Positions 1 through 9,019 of a DNA stretch of 64,000 nt are shown in pieces. The stretch lies in assembly GCA_040386535.1 (NCBI GenBank), contig JAZKFH010000015.1, positions 32,001-96,000 of the forward strand. The letters run 5' to 3'. The notes below the pieces were generated by a model. It did no database searches and was not told the origin of the DNA. It was given only the letters and a program-made list of their open reading frames with translations. The stretch is from Myxococcota bacterium (GTDB taxonomy: Bacteria > Myxococcota_A > UBA796 > SXON01). The first letter of the stretch is position 1; the number at the start of each line of letters is the position of its first letter. Position numbers and translations under genes: made by a program.

Positions 1-42
1 CGCGGCCTCGTCAATCGGAATCGCGGGGGTGTGCGCCCGTCG

Positions 43-1704
43 TCATCGCCGCACCCCCTCGACCGGCCCCGCCACGCCGCAGCGCTCCGCGATTTCGTCC
101 GCGTACAGGGCGTAGCCGTAGGGGCCGAGGTCGGGGACGACCAGCCCGTCGGACGCGTGGATCCCGCGCAAGTCGTCCGTCAGGGCGCGGAACGCCCCGC
201 GCGCGTCCACCCGCACCTCGCCGACCGATGTGTCGGCGAGGTTCGCCAGCACGAGCACCCGGCCGTCCGGGGTGGACCGCGCATAGGCCAACACGGAGGG
301 CCGATCGGTGGCGACGGGCTCCCAGGCCGCGCCGTCCAAGGCGTCGCGCACACACGCGAGGTCGCGCACGAGCGTCAGCAGGCTGGTGGGATCGGCCTCG
401 GCGGCGGCGACGTTCTTGCCGGTGATGTAGCCGTAGTCCGGGTAGTACCAGGGGACCCCGGTGGTGAAGCCGGCGTTCGGGGAGTCGTCCCACGGCATCG
501 GGGCGCGCTGCGCGTAGTCCGGGCCGGTGCCCGAGGAGTCGTCGGCGAGGTCCAGCTCCTCGCCGTAGTAGAGCACTGGGTCGCCGGGGAGGGTGAGCTG
601 GAGCACCTGGAGCATCCGGCGCGCCGCCGCGCTCGGCACCGCCGCAGGCAGCCGCGCGAGGTCGTGGGACGAGAGGAACGGCGCCGTGCGGCCGAGGGCG
701 CCCGCGTCGGCCTGGTCGTGGAGCACCGCGAGCAGCGGCTCGGGCACGCCCGCCGCCAGCGCCGCGAGGAGCGCGGGCCGCCGGGGGAAGTCGAGCACGC
801 GGTCGCTCTCCGGCGCGTCGTCACTGCCGAGGTAGCTCGCGTTCACGGACACCTCCTCCTCGGACGCTTCGGCGAGCATCAGCGCGGTGGGCTTCTGCGC
901 GCGGGCGAGCGCGTAGATGTCGGCGAGCAACGAGTGGGTCGCGACGGTCCCGGTGATGCCGGTCGCGTCCTCGACGAGCGTGGTCACGGCGTCGAGGCGG
1001 TAGCCGTCGACACCCGCGTCGAGCCAGCGCTCGAGCACCTCGAACATGCGGTCCTGCACCTCCGGGTTGGTCCAGTCGAGATCCGGGAGCTCCGCGCCGA
1101 AGAAGCCATAGTAGAAACCGCCGCCCGTGGCGGGGAACCATCGGTACGTGTCCCACTGGGTGTCGGCGAAGAGGAACAGGTCGCGCGCGGGGCCCTCGCC
1201 GGCCTCGGCCGGCTGGAACCAGGGGTGGGTGCGCGCCACGTGGTTGAACGGCAGGTCGACCAGGACGCGGATGCCGCGCGCGTGCGCGTCGTGGATCAGC
1301 GCCTCGAGCATGTCCAGATCGCCGTTCTCGGGCCTGAGCACCTTGAAGTCGGTCACGTCGTAGCCGGCGGGGCCGACGCTGGGGAACAGCGGCATGAGCC
1401 AGACCGTGCGCACGCCCATGGCTTCGAGGTGATCGAGGCGCAGGCGGACGCCCTCGAGGTCCCCGATCCCGTCCCCGTCGGAGTCCTGGAACGACCGCAC
1501 GTAGATCTCGTAGGTCAGGCCGAGCTCGCCGCGGGGCAGGCACGGCACGTCCTCGGGGCCGGCGGACGACGGGGACGCGTCGGCGGACGTTTCGGCCGAC
1601 GCGACGACACACGTGCGGGTCAGGGCGTCGGAGGTGGAGGCGGGGTCCGTACACGCGGAGAGCAGGGCGGCCGCGAGGGGCAGGAATCGGGCGAGGGAGG
1701 GCAA
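43..1704 (-). CDS. GH13 alpha-amylase-family glycoside hydrolase, predicted lipoprotein
   Basis: GH13 motifs: YEIYVRSFQDSDGDGIGDL, DLPFNH, GVDGYRLDAV (nucleophile Asp), MLAEA (acid/base Glu), FLSSHD, YYGEE, QRAPMPW. Lipobox-like LLSAC. TTG start is uncertain. Confidence 0.9.
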   Translation of the reverse strand: MPSLARFLPLAAALLSACTDPASTSDALTRTCVVASAETSADASPSSAGPEDVPCLPRGELGLTYEIYVRSFQDSDGDGIGDLEGVRLRLDHLEAMGVRTVWLMPLFPSVGPAGYDVTDFKVLRPENGDLDMLEALIHDAHARGIRVLVDLPFNHVARTHPWFQPAEAGEGPARDLFLFADTQWDTYRWFPATGGGFYYGFFGAELPDLDWTNPEVQDRMFEVLERWLDAGVDGYRLDAVTTLVEDATGITGTVATHSLLADIYALARAQKPTALMLAEASEEEVSVNASYLGSDDAPESDRVLDFPRRPALLAALAAGVPEPLLAVLHDQADAGALGRTAPFLSSHDLARLPAAVPSAAARRMLQVLQLTLPGDPVLYYGEELDLADDSSGTGPDYAQRAPMPWDDSPNAGFTTGVPWYYPDYGYITGKNVAAAEADPTSLLTLVRDLACVRDALDGAAWEPVATDRPSVLAYARSTPDGRVLVLANLADTSVGEVRVDARGAFRALTDDLRGIHASDGLVVPDLGPYGYALYADEIAERCGVAGPVEGVRR

Positions 1705-1731
1705 CGGGCACCAGGGAGGCCCCGGCCCTCC

Positions 1732-1746
1732 TCAAGAAGCGCGCCG
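1732..1746 (-). promoter_or_regulatory. Candidate sigma54 (-24/-12) promoter of the GH13 gene
   Basis: Minus strand reads CGGCGCG-CTTC-TTGA versus consensus TGGCACG-N4-TTGC. Spacing is correct but the -12 element is imperfect. Confidence 0.4.
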
Positions 1747-1773
1747 CCTTTCGGCTCGGCGTGAGGCAAGCAA

Positions 1774-1786
1774 AATCAATACATTG
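1774..1786. promoter_or_regulatory. IHF-like binding site
   Basis: AATCAATACATTG matches the IHF consensus WATCAA-N4-TTR; it is an AT-rich patch in GC-rich DNA. Confidence 0.5.
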
Positions 1787-1809
1787 GACCGTCGCAGGTG
1801 GCGGGCCGA

Positions 1810-1848
1810 CCGACGGACGTCCGTCAGGGCCGACGGACGTCCGTCAGG
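1810..1848. repeat. Two tandem copies (20-bp period) of a palindrome-containing 19-mer; probable activator/operator sites
   Basis: CCGACGGACGTCCGTCAGG at 1810-1828 and 1830-1848, each containing the perfect palindrome GACGGACGTCCGTC. Confidence 0.75.
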
Positions 1849-1889
1849 CAGCGAGCGTCAAGCGCGACACGCGAAGATAGGGGGCGGCG

Positions 1890-2135
1890 ATGCGGTTCAT
1901 CACCCCCGTCCTCTTCGCCGCGGCCGCCGTCTACGTGGGCTGGCAGAACGGCCAGCACACCGACCGCGCGCTCGTGCTCCCGTTCCTGGACGTGATCGCG
2001 CCCGGCACCGCGGGCAACATCGCCGCCCAGGGCGCCCTCACGGTCCAGATCCTCTTCGGGTTGGCCGTGGTGTTCGGACTCTGGGAGCTCTTCCGGATGA
2101 TGCGCGACCGCCAGTCGGACGACAGCTCCCGGTAG
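1890..2135 (+). CDS. Small membrane protein (2 hydrophobic segments), hypothetical
   Basis: ATG start, GC3-rich codons, hydrophobic N-terminus and a second TM segment (LTVQILFGLAVVFGLWELF). Confidence 0.7.
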   Translation: MRFITPVLFAAAAVYVGWQNGQHTDRALVLPFLDVIAPGTAGNIAAQGALTVQILFGLAVVFGLWELFRMMRDRQSDDSSR

Positions 2136-2138
2136 AAG

Positions 2139-2702
2139 CTACAGCCCCGCGAGCAGCGTCGGGAGAAAGGCCATCGCCGCGCCGCGGTGGCTGATGGCGT
2201 CCTTCTCCTCGGGGGCGAGCTCGGCCATCGCGCGGAGGCTCCCGACCGGGACGAACAGGGGGTCGTAGCCGAACCCGCCACCGCCGCTCGGCGCCAGTGC
2301 GATGGCGCCCTCACACGCGCCCGCCGCGGTGCGCTCGATGCCGGGGCCCACGAGCGCGAGCACGCAGCGGAAGCGTGCGGTACGGTCGGTCCGCGCGCCG
2401 AGCTCGGCCAGGAGCTTGGTGTTGTTCGCGGCGTCCGTGCCCTCGGCGCTGTAGCGCTTGCTCCACACGCCGGGGCGGCCGCCCAGCGCGTCGACCTCGA
2501 GCCCGGAGTCGTCGGCGAGCGCGAGCTGACCGGTGTGCTCGAAGACGAAGCGCGCCTTCTGCAGCGCGTTCGCGACGAACGTGTCCCCGGTCTCCGGCGG
2601 ATCGGGGAGCTCGTCCGGCATCACCACCCACTCGACGTGGGGGGCGATGCGGCGCATCTCCACGATCTTGTGGGCGTTCCGGCTGGCGAGGACGATCCTC
2701 AC
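2139..2702 (-). CDS. rdgB: Non-canonical purine NTP pyrophosphatase (RdgB/HAM1)
   Basis: IVLASRNAHK, ETGDTFVANALQKA, LADDSGLEVDALGGRPGVWS, GGFGYDPLF, K..ISHRG. GTG start at 2702 overlaps the cysS stop (GTGA). Confidence 0.93.
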   Translation of the reverse strand: MRIVLASRNAHKIVEMRRIAPHVEWVVMPDELPDPPETGDTFVANALQKARFVFEHTGQLALADDSGLEVDALGGRPGVWSKRYSAEGTDAANNTKLLAELGARTDRTARFRCVLALVGPGIERTAAGACEGAIALAPSGGGGFGYDPLFVPVGSLRAMAELAPEEKDAISHRGAAMAFLPTLLAGL

Positions 2703-4189
2703 TCGACGCGCATCCGCCACGTGGAGCCGGTGGGGTTGTCCATCACCACGATGCCCTCGTTGTCGAGCTCGGCGCGGAGGCGGTCGGCCTCGGCCCAGTC
2801 CTTCGCGGCGCGGGCGGCCGCGCGGGCGGCGATGAGCGCCTCGACGGTGTCGGGCGACTTGCCGGCGGCGGCAAGGCGCTTCTGCTTGACCTCGTCGAAG
2901 AAGGCCTGCGGCTCCATCGCGGCGATGCCGAGCACGTCGGCCGCGAGGGCGAACGCCGTGAGGACGGGCGCCATCACGAGCGCGCCCTTGGCCCGCGCCT
3001 TCTTGTCGTTGCCGAAGCGGTTGACCGCGCGGACGAGGTCGAACAGGTGGGCGATGGCCTCGGACGTGTTGAAGTCGTCGTCCATCGTGGCGTCGAACTG
3101 CGCGGGGAAGGCGATGGCGAGGGCGTAGAGCTCCTGCCCGGCGTCCCCCACCTCCGCGATCGGCGTGGCGGTGCCCTTGGCGGCGATCTCGATCGCCGCC
3201 TCCTTGGCGCTGTAGATGCGGTCGAGCGCCCCGAGCGCGCGCACCAGCCCCTCGGTCGAGTAGGGGAGCGGCGAGCGGTAGTGGGTCTCTCCGAACAACA
3301 GGCGGAGGGCCTCGCCGGGGACCTCGCGCAGGATGTCGCGGATGCGCACGATGTTCCCGAGCGACTTCGACATCTTCTCTTTGTCGAGCGTCAGGTGGCC
3401 GTTGTGCATCCAGTAGCGGGCGTAGGGGCCGTGGCCCGTGGCGCACTCGGACTGGGCGATCTCGTTCTCGTGGTGCGGGAACACCAGATCGATGCCGCCG
3501 CCGTGGATGTCGAACGTGTCGCCCAGGTAGTGCCGCGCCATGGCGGAGCACTCGATGTGCCAGCCCGGGCGGCCCTTGCCCCACGCGCTGTCCCAGCCCG
3601 GCTCGGCGGGATCGCCGGAGGCGGCCTTCCAGAGCGCGAAGTCACCGGGGTGGCGCTTGCTGGTCTCGACGGCGACACGCTCGCCGGCGCGCTGGTCGTC
3701 GAGCTTCTTGCCCGAGAGGTGCCCGTACGCGGGGTAGCTCTCGACGGCGAAGTACACGTCCCCGTTGTCGGCCTTGTAGGCGTGCCCCTTCTCGACGAGG
3801 CTGCCGATGAGGGCGAGGATGTCGGGGATGTGCTCGCTGACCTTCGGCGTACGCGTCGGCGTGACGAGGCCGAGGGCGGCGAGGTCCTCCTCGAGCGCGT
3901 TCACGAAGAACGCGGAGAGCGCGAGGGGATCGGTGCCGCGCTCCTTGGCGCGGGCGATGATCTTGTCGTCGACGTCCGTGTGGTTGCGGACGAAGTTGAC
4001 CTCGTACCCCCGGTGGGTGAGGTGCCGGACGACGAAATCGAACGCCAACATCGCGCGGGCATGCCCGATGTGGCAGAAGTCGTAGACGGTCATCCCGCAG
4101 ACGTAGAGGCCGACCTTGCCCGGTTCGCGGGTTTCGAGCGGCTCGATCGTGCGGTGAAGCGTATTGTAGAGGCGGATCGGTGCGGGCAT
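2699..4189 (-). CDS. cysS: Cysteine--tRNA ligase
   Basis: [15 protein letters not shown] (HIGH), [34 protein letters not shown]. Confidence 0.98.
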   Translation of the reverse strand: MPAPIRLYNTLHRTIEPLETREPGKVGLYVCGMTVYDFCHIGHARAMLAFDFVVRHLTHRGYEVNFVRNHTDVDDKIIARAKERGTDPLALSAFFVNALEEDLAALGLVTPTRTPKVSEHIPDILALIGSLVEKGHAYKADNGDVYFAVESYPAYGHLSGKKLDDQRAGERVAVETSKRHPGDFALWKAASGDPAEPGWDSAWGKGRPGWHIECSAMARHYLGDTFDIHGGGIDLVFPHHENEIAQSECATGHGPYARYWMHNGHLTLDKEKMSKSLGNIVRIRDILREVPGEALRLLFGETHYRSPLPYSTEGLVRALGALDRIYSAKEAAIEIAAKGTATPIAEVGDAGQELYALAIAFPAQFDATMDDDFNTSEAIAHLFDLVRAVNRFGNDKKARAKGALVMAPVLTAFALAADVLGIAAMEPQAFFDEVKQKRLAAAGKSPDTVEALIAARAAARAAKDWAEADRLRAELDNEGIVVMDNPTGSTWRMRVE

Positions 4190-4229
4190 GGGGCGCCGTC
4201 TATCCGCGCGGGCCGCTGCCCGCGACGCT

Positions 4230-4724
4230 CTACTCTGCCTTGAGCGCGAAGAGCGCGTCGATCTCTTCTCCGACGAGCTTCTCGTCGGTGTCCTTGGCGA
4301 CCGAGATCTCCTGCACGAGCAGGCTGCGGGCCTGGTCGAACATCTTGCGCTCGCCGAAGGAGAGGGCCTTCTCGCTCTTGAGGAGCGCGAGATCGCGGAG
4401 GACCTTCGCCACTTCGAGCGGATCGCCGGTCTTGATCTTGCTCATGTAGTCGCGGTAGCGGCGGTTCCACGTCTGGTTGTCCGTGGGAACGTCGCGATCA
4501 CGGAGGATCTCGTAGACCTTGTCGACGTGCTCGCGCGAGATCACGCCGCGCATGCCGATCGAGCGGGCGTTCTGCACAGGCACCCGGATCGTCATCCCGT
4601 TGTCGAGGATCTTCAGGACGTAGACAGTGACTTTTTCACCGTCCATCTCCTGTGTCACCACGTCTCGGATGATCCCCACGCCATGAGCAGGGTAGACCGC
4701 CTTGTCGCCGACATTGAACTCCAT
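4230..4724 (-). CDS. cdnL: CarD/CdnL-family RNA polymerase-binding regulator (164 aa)
   Basis: FNVGDKAVYPAHGVG, WNRRYRDYMSKIKTGD, LSFGERKMFDQA. The ATG at 4724 was chosen over the longer ORF. Confidence 0.93.
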   Translation of the reverse strand: MEFNVGDKAVYPAHGVGIIRDVVTQEMDGEKVTVYVLKILDNGMTIRVPVQNARSIGMRGVISREHVDKVYEILRDRDVPTDNQTWNRRYRDYMSKIKTGDPLEVAKVLRDLALLKSEKALSFGERKMFDQARSLLVQEISVAKDTDEKLVGEEIDALFALKAE

Positions 4725-4979
4725 ACATCCTCGCTGCGCTCGTCCCGCCCACCGCAGCTCCCTGCCGGCAGAGGGCCGTGGGAGCTTGGGGTCGGACCAA
4801 CCGAGCGGATTCGAAAGAGCCCGCACGGACGCGCTGGGCGATCGAGCGTGGGCCGCTTAACCCGAAGTCGGGACTCCATCCAAGCAAAAGATCCCCCAAT
4901 CGCCGCCTTGCCTCCCGTACGTGCCGCGCGAACGCATTCCAGCGGCGCGCCGGAGCCCTCGCGGCGAGGGTCCCCACGG

Positions 4980-5969
4980 GTGGCGCTCGCGCGTCTCGTG
5001 CTCGTGCCCGTCCTGGGGCGCGCGGCGACCGTCGGGGCGCTGGTGTGGATCGTCGTGGCCGTCGGCGGGCTCGGCCAGGCCCTGCTCACGAGCGCTGTCG
5101 TGCCCGACCCCGACCTGCTGCTCCGGATGGGGGCCGGCGCCCTCGGCGTCGGCGCGGCCGTCGCGGTGCCGCTCGGCGCGCTCGGCGGGGTGGCCGCGGG
5201 CCTCGGGGGGATGGCGGAGGAGCGCGCGTGGCTCGGCCTGCGAACCCTGGGTGTCGGGGGACGGGCGGTCGCGGCGCCGATTGCCCTGTTCCTCGTGGTC
5301 GTGATGGCGACGTGGCTCGCGATCACGCACGCGGTCGAGCCCGGCGCGCGCGCGTGGATTCGGGACGCGCGGATCGCCGCGGCGGTGCGCGTGGTCCCTG
5401 TCGAGGGGCGCGTCGTGCAGCTCGGCGGCTGGGCGGCGGCGGTCGAGGGCGGCGTGCTCCACTTCGCGGGCGGCGAGTGGCTCGGGTTTGCCCGCACCTG
5501 GGAGATCCGGCCCGCGCTCACCGGCGTGGTGGTGGCGCTCGGCTCTGGCGAGGTGCGGAGCACCGACGGCCTGAGTCGCGCCCGCTTCGCGACGCTGGAG
5601 ATGCCCGTCCCGATGACCGGCACCGCCGGGAAGGTGCACGCCGCCGAGCGCACCACGCCGGACCTCCGGCGCCAGCTCACCGTGAGCGCCGCGCTCGGCA
5701 GGGACGCCTACGAGCGCTGGATCTTGTGGAAGCGCACGCTGTTGCCGCTCTGCCTGCTGCCGCTGGGGCTCGCCACGGTGCCGCTCGCGCTCGACCGACG
5801 CTGGCCTGTTCTGGCCATCGTGGGCGCCCAGGTGGTGACGTTGTGGGGCGTGGTGCGCGTGGCCGACCAGTGGGTGGGCGCCGTGGGCCTCCCCGGCGCG
5901 GCGGCGGCCACGTTCGCGGTCGCGCTGGCGTGGTGCGTTCTTGCGTGGCGGGGGTGGGTGGATGCGTAG
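4980..5969 (+). CDS. LptF/LptG-like permease (divergent)
   Basis: Three N-terminal TMs, an E-x-x-x-LRTLGV segment resembling the LptF/G E..A....GxS motif, a central beta-rich region, and WKRTLLPL followed by 3 TMs. GTG start at 4980 is inferred. Confidence 0.6.
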   Translation: MALARLVLVPVLGRAATVGALVWIVVAVGGLGQALLTSAVVPDPDLLLRMGAGALGVGAAVAVPLGALGGVAAGLGGMAEERAWLGLRTLGVGGRAVAAPIALFLVVVMATWLAITHAVEPGARAWIRDARIAAAVRVVPVEGRVVQLGGWAAAVEGGVLHFAGGEWLGFARTWEIRPALTGVVVALGSGEVRSTDGLSRARFATLEMPVPMTGTAGKVHAAERTTPDLRRQLTVSAALGRDAYERWILWKRTLLPLCLLPLGLATVPLALDRRWPVLAIVGAQVVTLWGVVRVADQWVGAVGLPGAAAATFAVALAWCVLAWRGWVDA

Positions 5970-5990
5970 AACGACCGCGCCGGGGCCCGG

Positions 5991-6698
5991 ATGAGGCGAG
6001 CGATGTTGCTGCTCGCGCGCGCCGTGGGCGGCGCCGTGTTTGCCGCGCATGGGGCCGGCGCGGTGCTGTTCTCCGTGGTCGTCGCGGTCGAGGCCGCCGA
6101 CGAGCCGCTCGGGACGCTCCTCCTCACCGTCGGCGCCCGCGTGCCGCTGCTGTGGGCGCAGGCCGCCGCCGTCCTCGCGTTGTGTGGGGTGGCCGTCGCC
6201 GTCGTGCGCCTCCGTCGGCAGGGCGTGCTGTTGGGCCTCGGCACGTTGGGCGTCACGCCGCGGTTGGTCCTGCTCGTCGGCGCGATCGCGGGCGCGGCCA
6301 GCGGCGGGGTCGCGAACCGCGTGGTGGCCGAGCCTTCCGCGGTGCCAGGGGCCTGGGAGCGGGGCGCGGGCGGGTGGATCCGGGACGGCGAGGGGTGGCC
6401 CGACACCATCTCAGCGGCGCCCGTTCGTGCCCGACCGGCGCCCGTGCGCAACCTCCCCGTCGACCTCCTCAACGGGGCCGCTGCGGGGGCCCTGGGCGCC
6501 ACCCTCGGCCTCTACCTGGGGGCCGCGCCCACTCTGGTCGCGGCGGCGCTCCTGCTCGTCGTAGAGGTGGTGACCCGAGGCCTCACGGAGCGTGCGGTGG
6601 TGCCCCTGTACGGCGGGGTCGCGCCCGCGGCGCTCGCGGGGATCGTGCTCCTGGTGCTGCTGCTCCGCGCGCCGCTGTTTCCGCGCCGGTGGCGGTAG
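5991..6698 (+). CDS. Multi-pass membrane protein, possibly a reduced LptG-like partner
   Basis: LRRQGVLLGLGTLGVTP resembles the LptG L....E..A....GxS segment. About 6 TMs with a short central loop; follows the LptF-like gene. Confidence 0.45.
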   Translation: MRRAMLLLARAVGGAVFAAHGAGAVLFSVVVAVEAADEPLGTLLLTVGARVPLLWAQAAAVLALCGVAVAVVRLRRQGVLLGLGTLGVTPRLVLLVGAIAGAASGGVANRVVAEPSAVPGAWERGAGGWIRDGEGWPDTISAAPVRARPAPVRNLPVDLLNGAAAGALGATLGLYLGAAPTLVAAALLLVVEVVTRGLTERAVVPLYGGVAPAALAGIVLLVLLLRAPLFPRRWR

Positions 6699-6998
6699 TC
6701 AGGGCACGAGGAAGGCGGCGATCACGATCGCGATCAGGACCCCCGGGAGCGCCCGCGCCGCGAGGGCCCCCGCCGCGGGGAAGCGCCACCCGCCGATGGC
6801 CGCGAGCACGCCCCACCAGAGCGCCGTCGCGAGGCGCCAGTAGTAGGCGATGTGCGCGCTCGGCCCGAGGATCCGCGGGTCGGGCTCGCCGATGGCGCCG
6901 TAGAGCCGCTGCAGCGCGTAGCCGAGCAGCGCGGCCACGAGGAACGACGTGATCGCGGAGGTGCGGGGGTCGAGCGCCTCGGCGGCCGGCCGCGTCAC
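6699..6998 (-). CDS. Small 3-TM membrane protein, hypothetical
   Basis: Three hydrophobic helices; the GTG start overlaps the radical SAM stop. Confidence 0.65.
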   Translation of the reverse strand: MTRPAAEALDPRTSAITSFLVAALLGYALQRLYGAIGEPDPRILGPSAHIAYYWRLATALWWGVLAAIGGWRFPAAGALAARALPGVLIAIVIAAFLVP

Positions 6999-8209
6999 GC
7001 GCCGACCCCCGTTTCACCCGCGCCCGCCGCGAGCACCATCGGGCACTCCGGATCCGGCGCGAACAGATCCCCGGTGAGGTGCGCGGCGACCGCATGACAG
7101 CCGCCCCGGCACAGGTCGCGGTAGTCGCAGCCGGCGCACGGCCCGCGGGTGACGCCCGCGCGCCACTCGGGCGTGACGGGGCCGCTCACGAAGCTGCACG
7201 GGTGCTCGGCACCAGCGGGATCGACGCTCACGAGGGCGTCGCCGCCGTGGCAGCCGAGGAACGCGAACGCGCGCATCCGCTCCGCGTCCACGCCGTGCGC
7301 GGCGAGGAAGGGCACGAGCGAGCAGTCGACGCGGAAGGTGACGCCGGGGTGGGCCTCCACGAGCGCGCGCGCGCGCGGCCAGAGGTCCCAGCCCTGCGCC
7401 GGGGTGAGGCGGCGGTCGAGGTAGGCGGCGGTGGCGCGCCCGGCGGGCTTCAGGCGCAGCAGCTGGATGTCGCGCGCGCCCGCCGCGACCGCGGCCAGCA
7501 CGGTCTCCTCGAGGTGATCGAACGTGTCGCGGTCGAGCACCACGTTGACCCCTACGTGCGCGCCGACGCCCGCGAGGATCCGGATCGCCTTGAGCGCGCC
7601 GTCCGCGCCGTCGTAGCCGCGCGCCGCCGCGAACGTGGCGCCCACGCCGTCGAGCGACACGTTCACCTGCGCGAAGCCCGCGAGCTCGCCAGCGCGGCGC
7701 TCCGAGAGCCCGACCCCCGAGGTCGTGAGGCCGATCGTGAGCCCATGGCGCGCCGCCGCCGCCGCGATCGCGGGCAGATCGGGGTGCCGGAGCGCCTCGC
7801 CCCCGCCGATGGCCACGCGGAAGACCCCCCGGGCGGCGAGCCCGGCGAACCGCGTGTCCAGCGCGTCGATCGGCACGTGCGCGCCGTCGGCGGTCGGGTC
7901 GATGTGGCAGGACGGGCAGGGCAGGCCGCAGGCGCGCGTGACCTGCACGTGCGCCTCGATGGGTCCGGCGGCGAGGGCGTGTGGGGAGGCTCCCGCCTCT
8001 TCGTCGACGGTCACGAGCGCCGGCGGATCCTCGACCGCGCGGGTCTCCCCGCCGCCGGGCTCGGGCCGCCGGCGCCGCGCGGGCCACGCCTCGGCCGCGA
8101 CCCACAACGCCGCGACCGCGACCTGCGTCCACACCAGCGCGTTGAGCACGTTGCCGAGCGACGAGCAGTTGGGCGCGTGCCCGAGGCGGATGCGGCGGAT
8201 CGTCGGCAA
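6995..8209 (-). CDS. Radical SAM protein with SPASM-type C-terminus and an N-terminal motif plus TM segment
   Basis: CGLPCPSC (CxxxCxxC), GGGEAL, VNVSLDG; C-terminal CHGG...PCSF...CAGCDYRDLCRGGC...PDPEC. Confidence 0.9.
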   Translation of the reverse strand: MPTIRRIRLGHAPNCSSLGNVLNALVWTQVAVAALWVAAEAWPARRRRPEPGGGETRAVEDPPALVTVDEEAGASPHALAAGPIEAHVQVTRACGLPCPSCHIDPTADGAHVPIDALDTRFAGLAARGVFRVAIGGGEALRHPDLPAIAAAAARHGLTIGLTTSGVGLSERRAGELAGFAQVNVSLDGVGATFAAARGYDGADGALKAIRILAGVGAHVGVNVVLDRDTFDHLEETVLAAVAAGARDIQLLRLKPAGRATAAYLDRRLTPAQGWDLWPRARALVEAHPGVTFRVDCSLVPFLAAHGVDAERMRAFAFLGCHGGDALVSVDPAGAEHPCSFVSGPVTPEWRAGVTRGPCAGCDYRDLCRGGCHAVAAHLTGDLFAPDPECPMVLAAGAGETGVGA

Positions 8210-8212
8210 GCG

Positions 8213-9019
8213 CTAGAACCCCAACGAAGGGTACCAGCCGTTCGCCCACGCCACCGCGGCGTAGGCGCCCAGCGTGCCGACGACGGACACCCAGCGGGGC
8301 GCCCGGCCCGCCAGCAGCACGGCCGCGGTCACGACGGCCCCGGATGCGGCGAAGCCTGTCGCCAGGCCTTCCTCGTACAGGGCCGCGAAGATCGTCGGGA
8401 CGGCGCCGAGCACCACTGCGGCGAGCCCGGCGGAGCGCCAGCGCCAAGGGCCGGGCCCGCGCAGGGCGGCGACCGCGTAGGCGACCCCGAGGGCGCCGCC
8501 GATGCCCGCCGCCACGCTGCGTTTGCCCTCGTCACGATCGGAAGCGAGGCGCCCCGCCACGAACGCGCGCTGGGTGTCCGTGGCCGTAGGGTCCGCGGAG
8601 AGGTCGGCGCCGATCCGGGCCACCGCGTCGGTTTCGCCCCGTTTCGCCCGCTCGTTCGCCAACCACACCCGCATCGACGCCGCGGCGGGGCTCCCGGGAT
8701 GGTCGGTGAGCGCCGCCTCCACGCGGGCGATGGCGGCCTCCTGTCCGAGCGTTCGGTAGTCACGACGGACGTTCTCCAGCGCGCTCCAGCCGGCGAACGC
8801 GTCCGCGGCCTGGGGCGCCAGGGTGGCGGCGCGGACGGCACAGTAGCGCCCGCCGCGCCCGCGCGGATCGGCCTCCGCGCACGCGGTCCACGCCGAGAGG
8901 GCGCCGGCCCAGTCGCGCGCGGTGTCCGCCGCGTCTCCGGCGGCGCGCCCGTTGGCGGGCTCCGGGGCGGGCTCGGGGGCGTCGGGCGAGGCGAGCGCCG
9001 TCGCGACCAGCCAGATCAC
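8213..9019 (-). CDS. Exported/membrane protein with TPR-like helical region and C-terminal TM helices
   Basis: Short signal-like N-terminus MIWLVATALA, Ala-rich helical middle, about 4 C-terminal TMs. GTG at 9019 overlaps the upstream stop. Confidence 0.6.
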   Translation of the reverse strand: MIWLVATALASPDAPEPAPEPANGRAAGDAADTARDWAGALSAWTACAEADPRGRGGRYCAVRAATLAPQAADAFAGWSALENVRRDYRTLGQEAAIARVEAALTDHPGSPAAASMRVWLANERAKRGETDAVARIGADLSADPTATDTQRAFVAGRLASDRDEGKRSVAAGIGGALGVAYAVAALRGPGPWRWRSAGLAAVVLGAVPTIFAALYEEGLATGFAASGAVVTAAVLLAGRAPRWVSVVGTLGAYAAVAWANGWYPSLGF

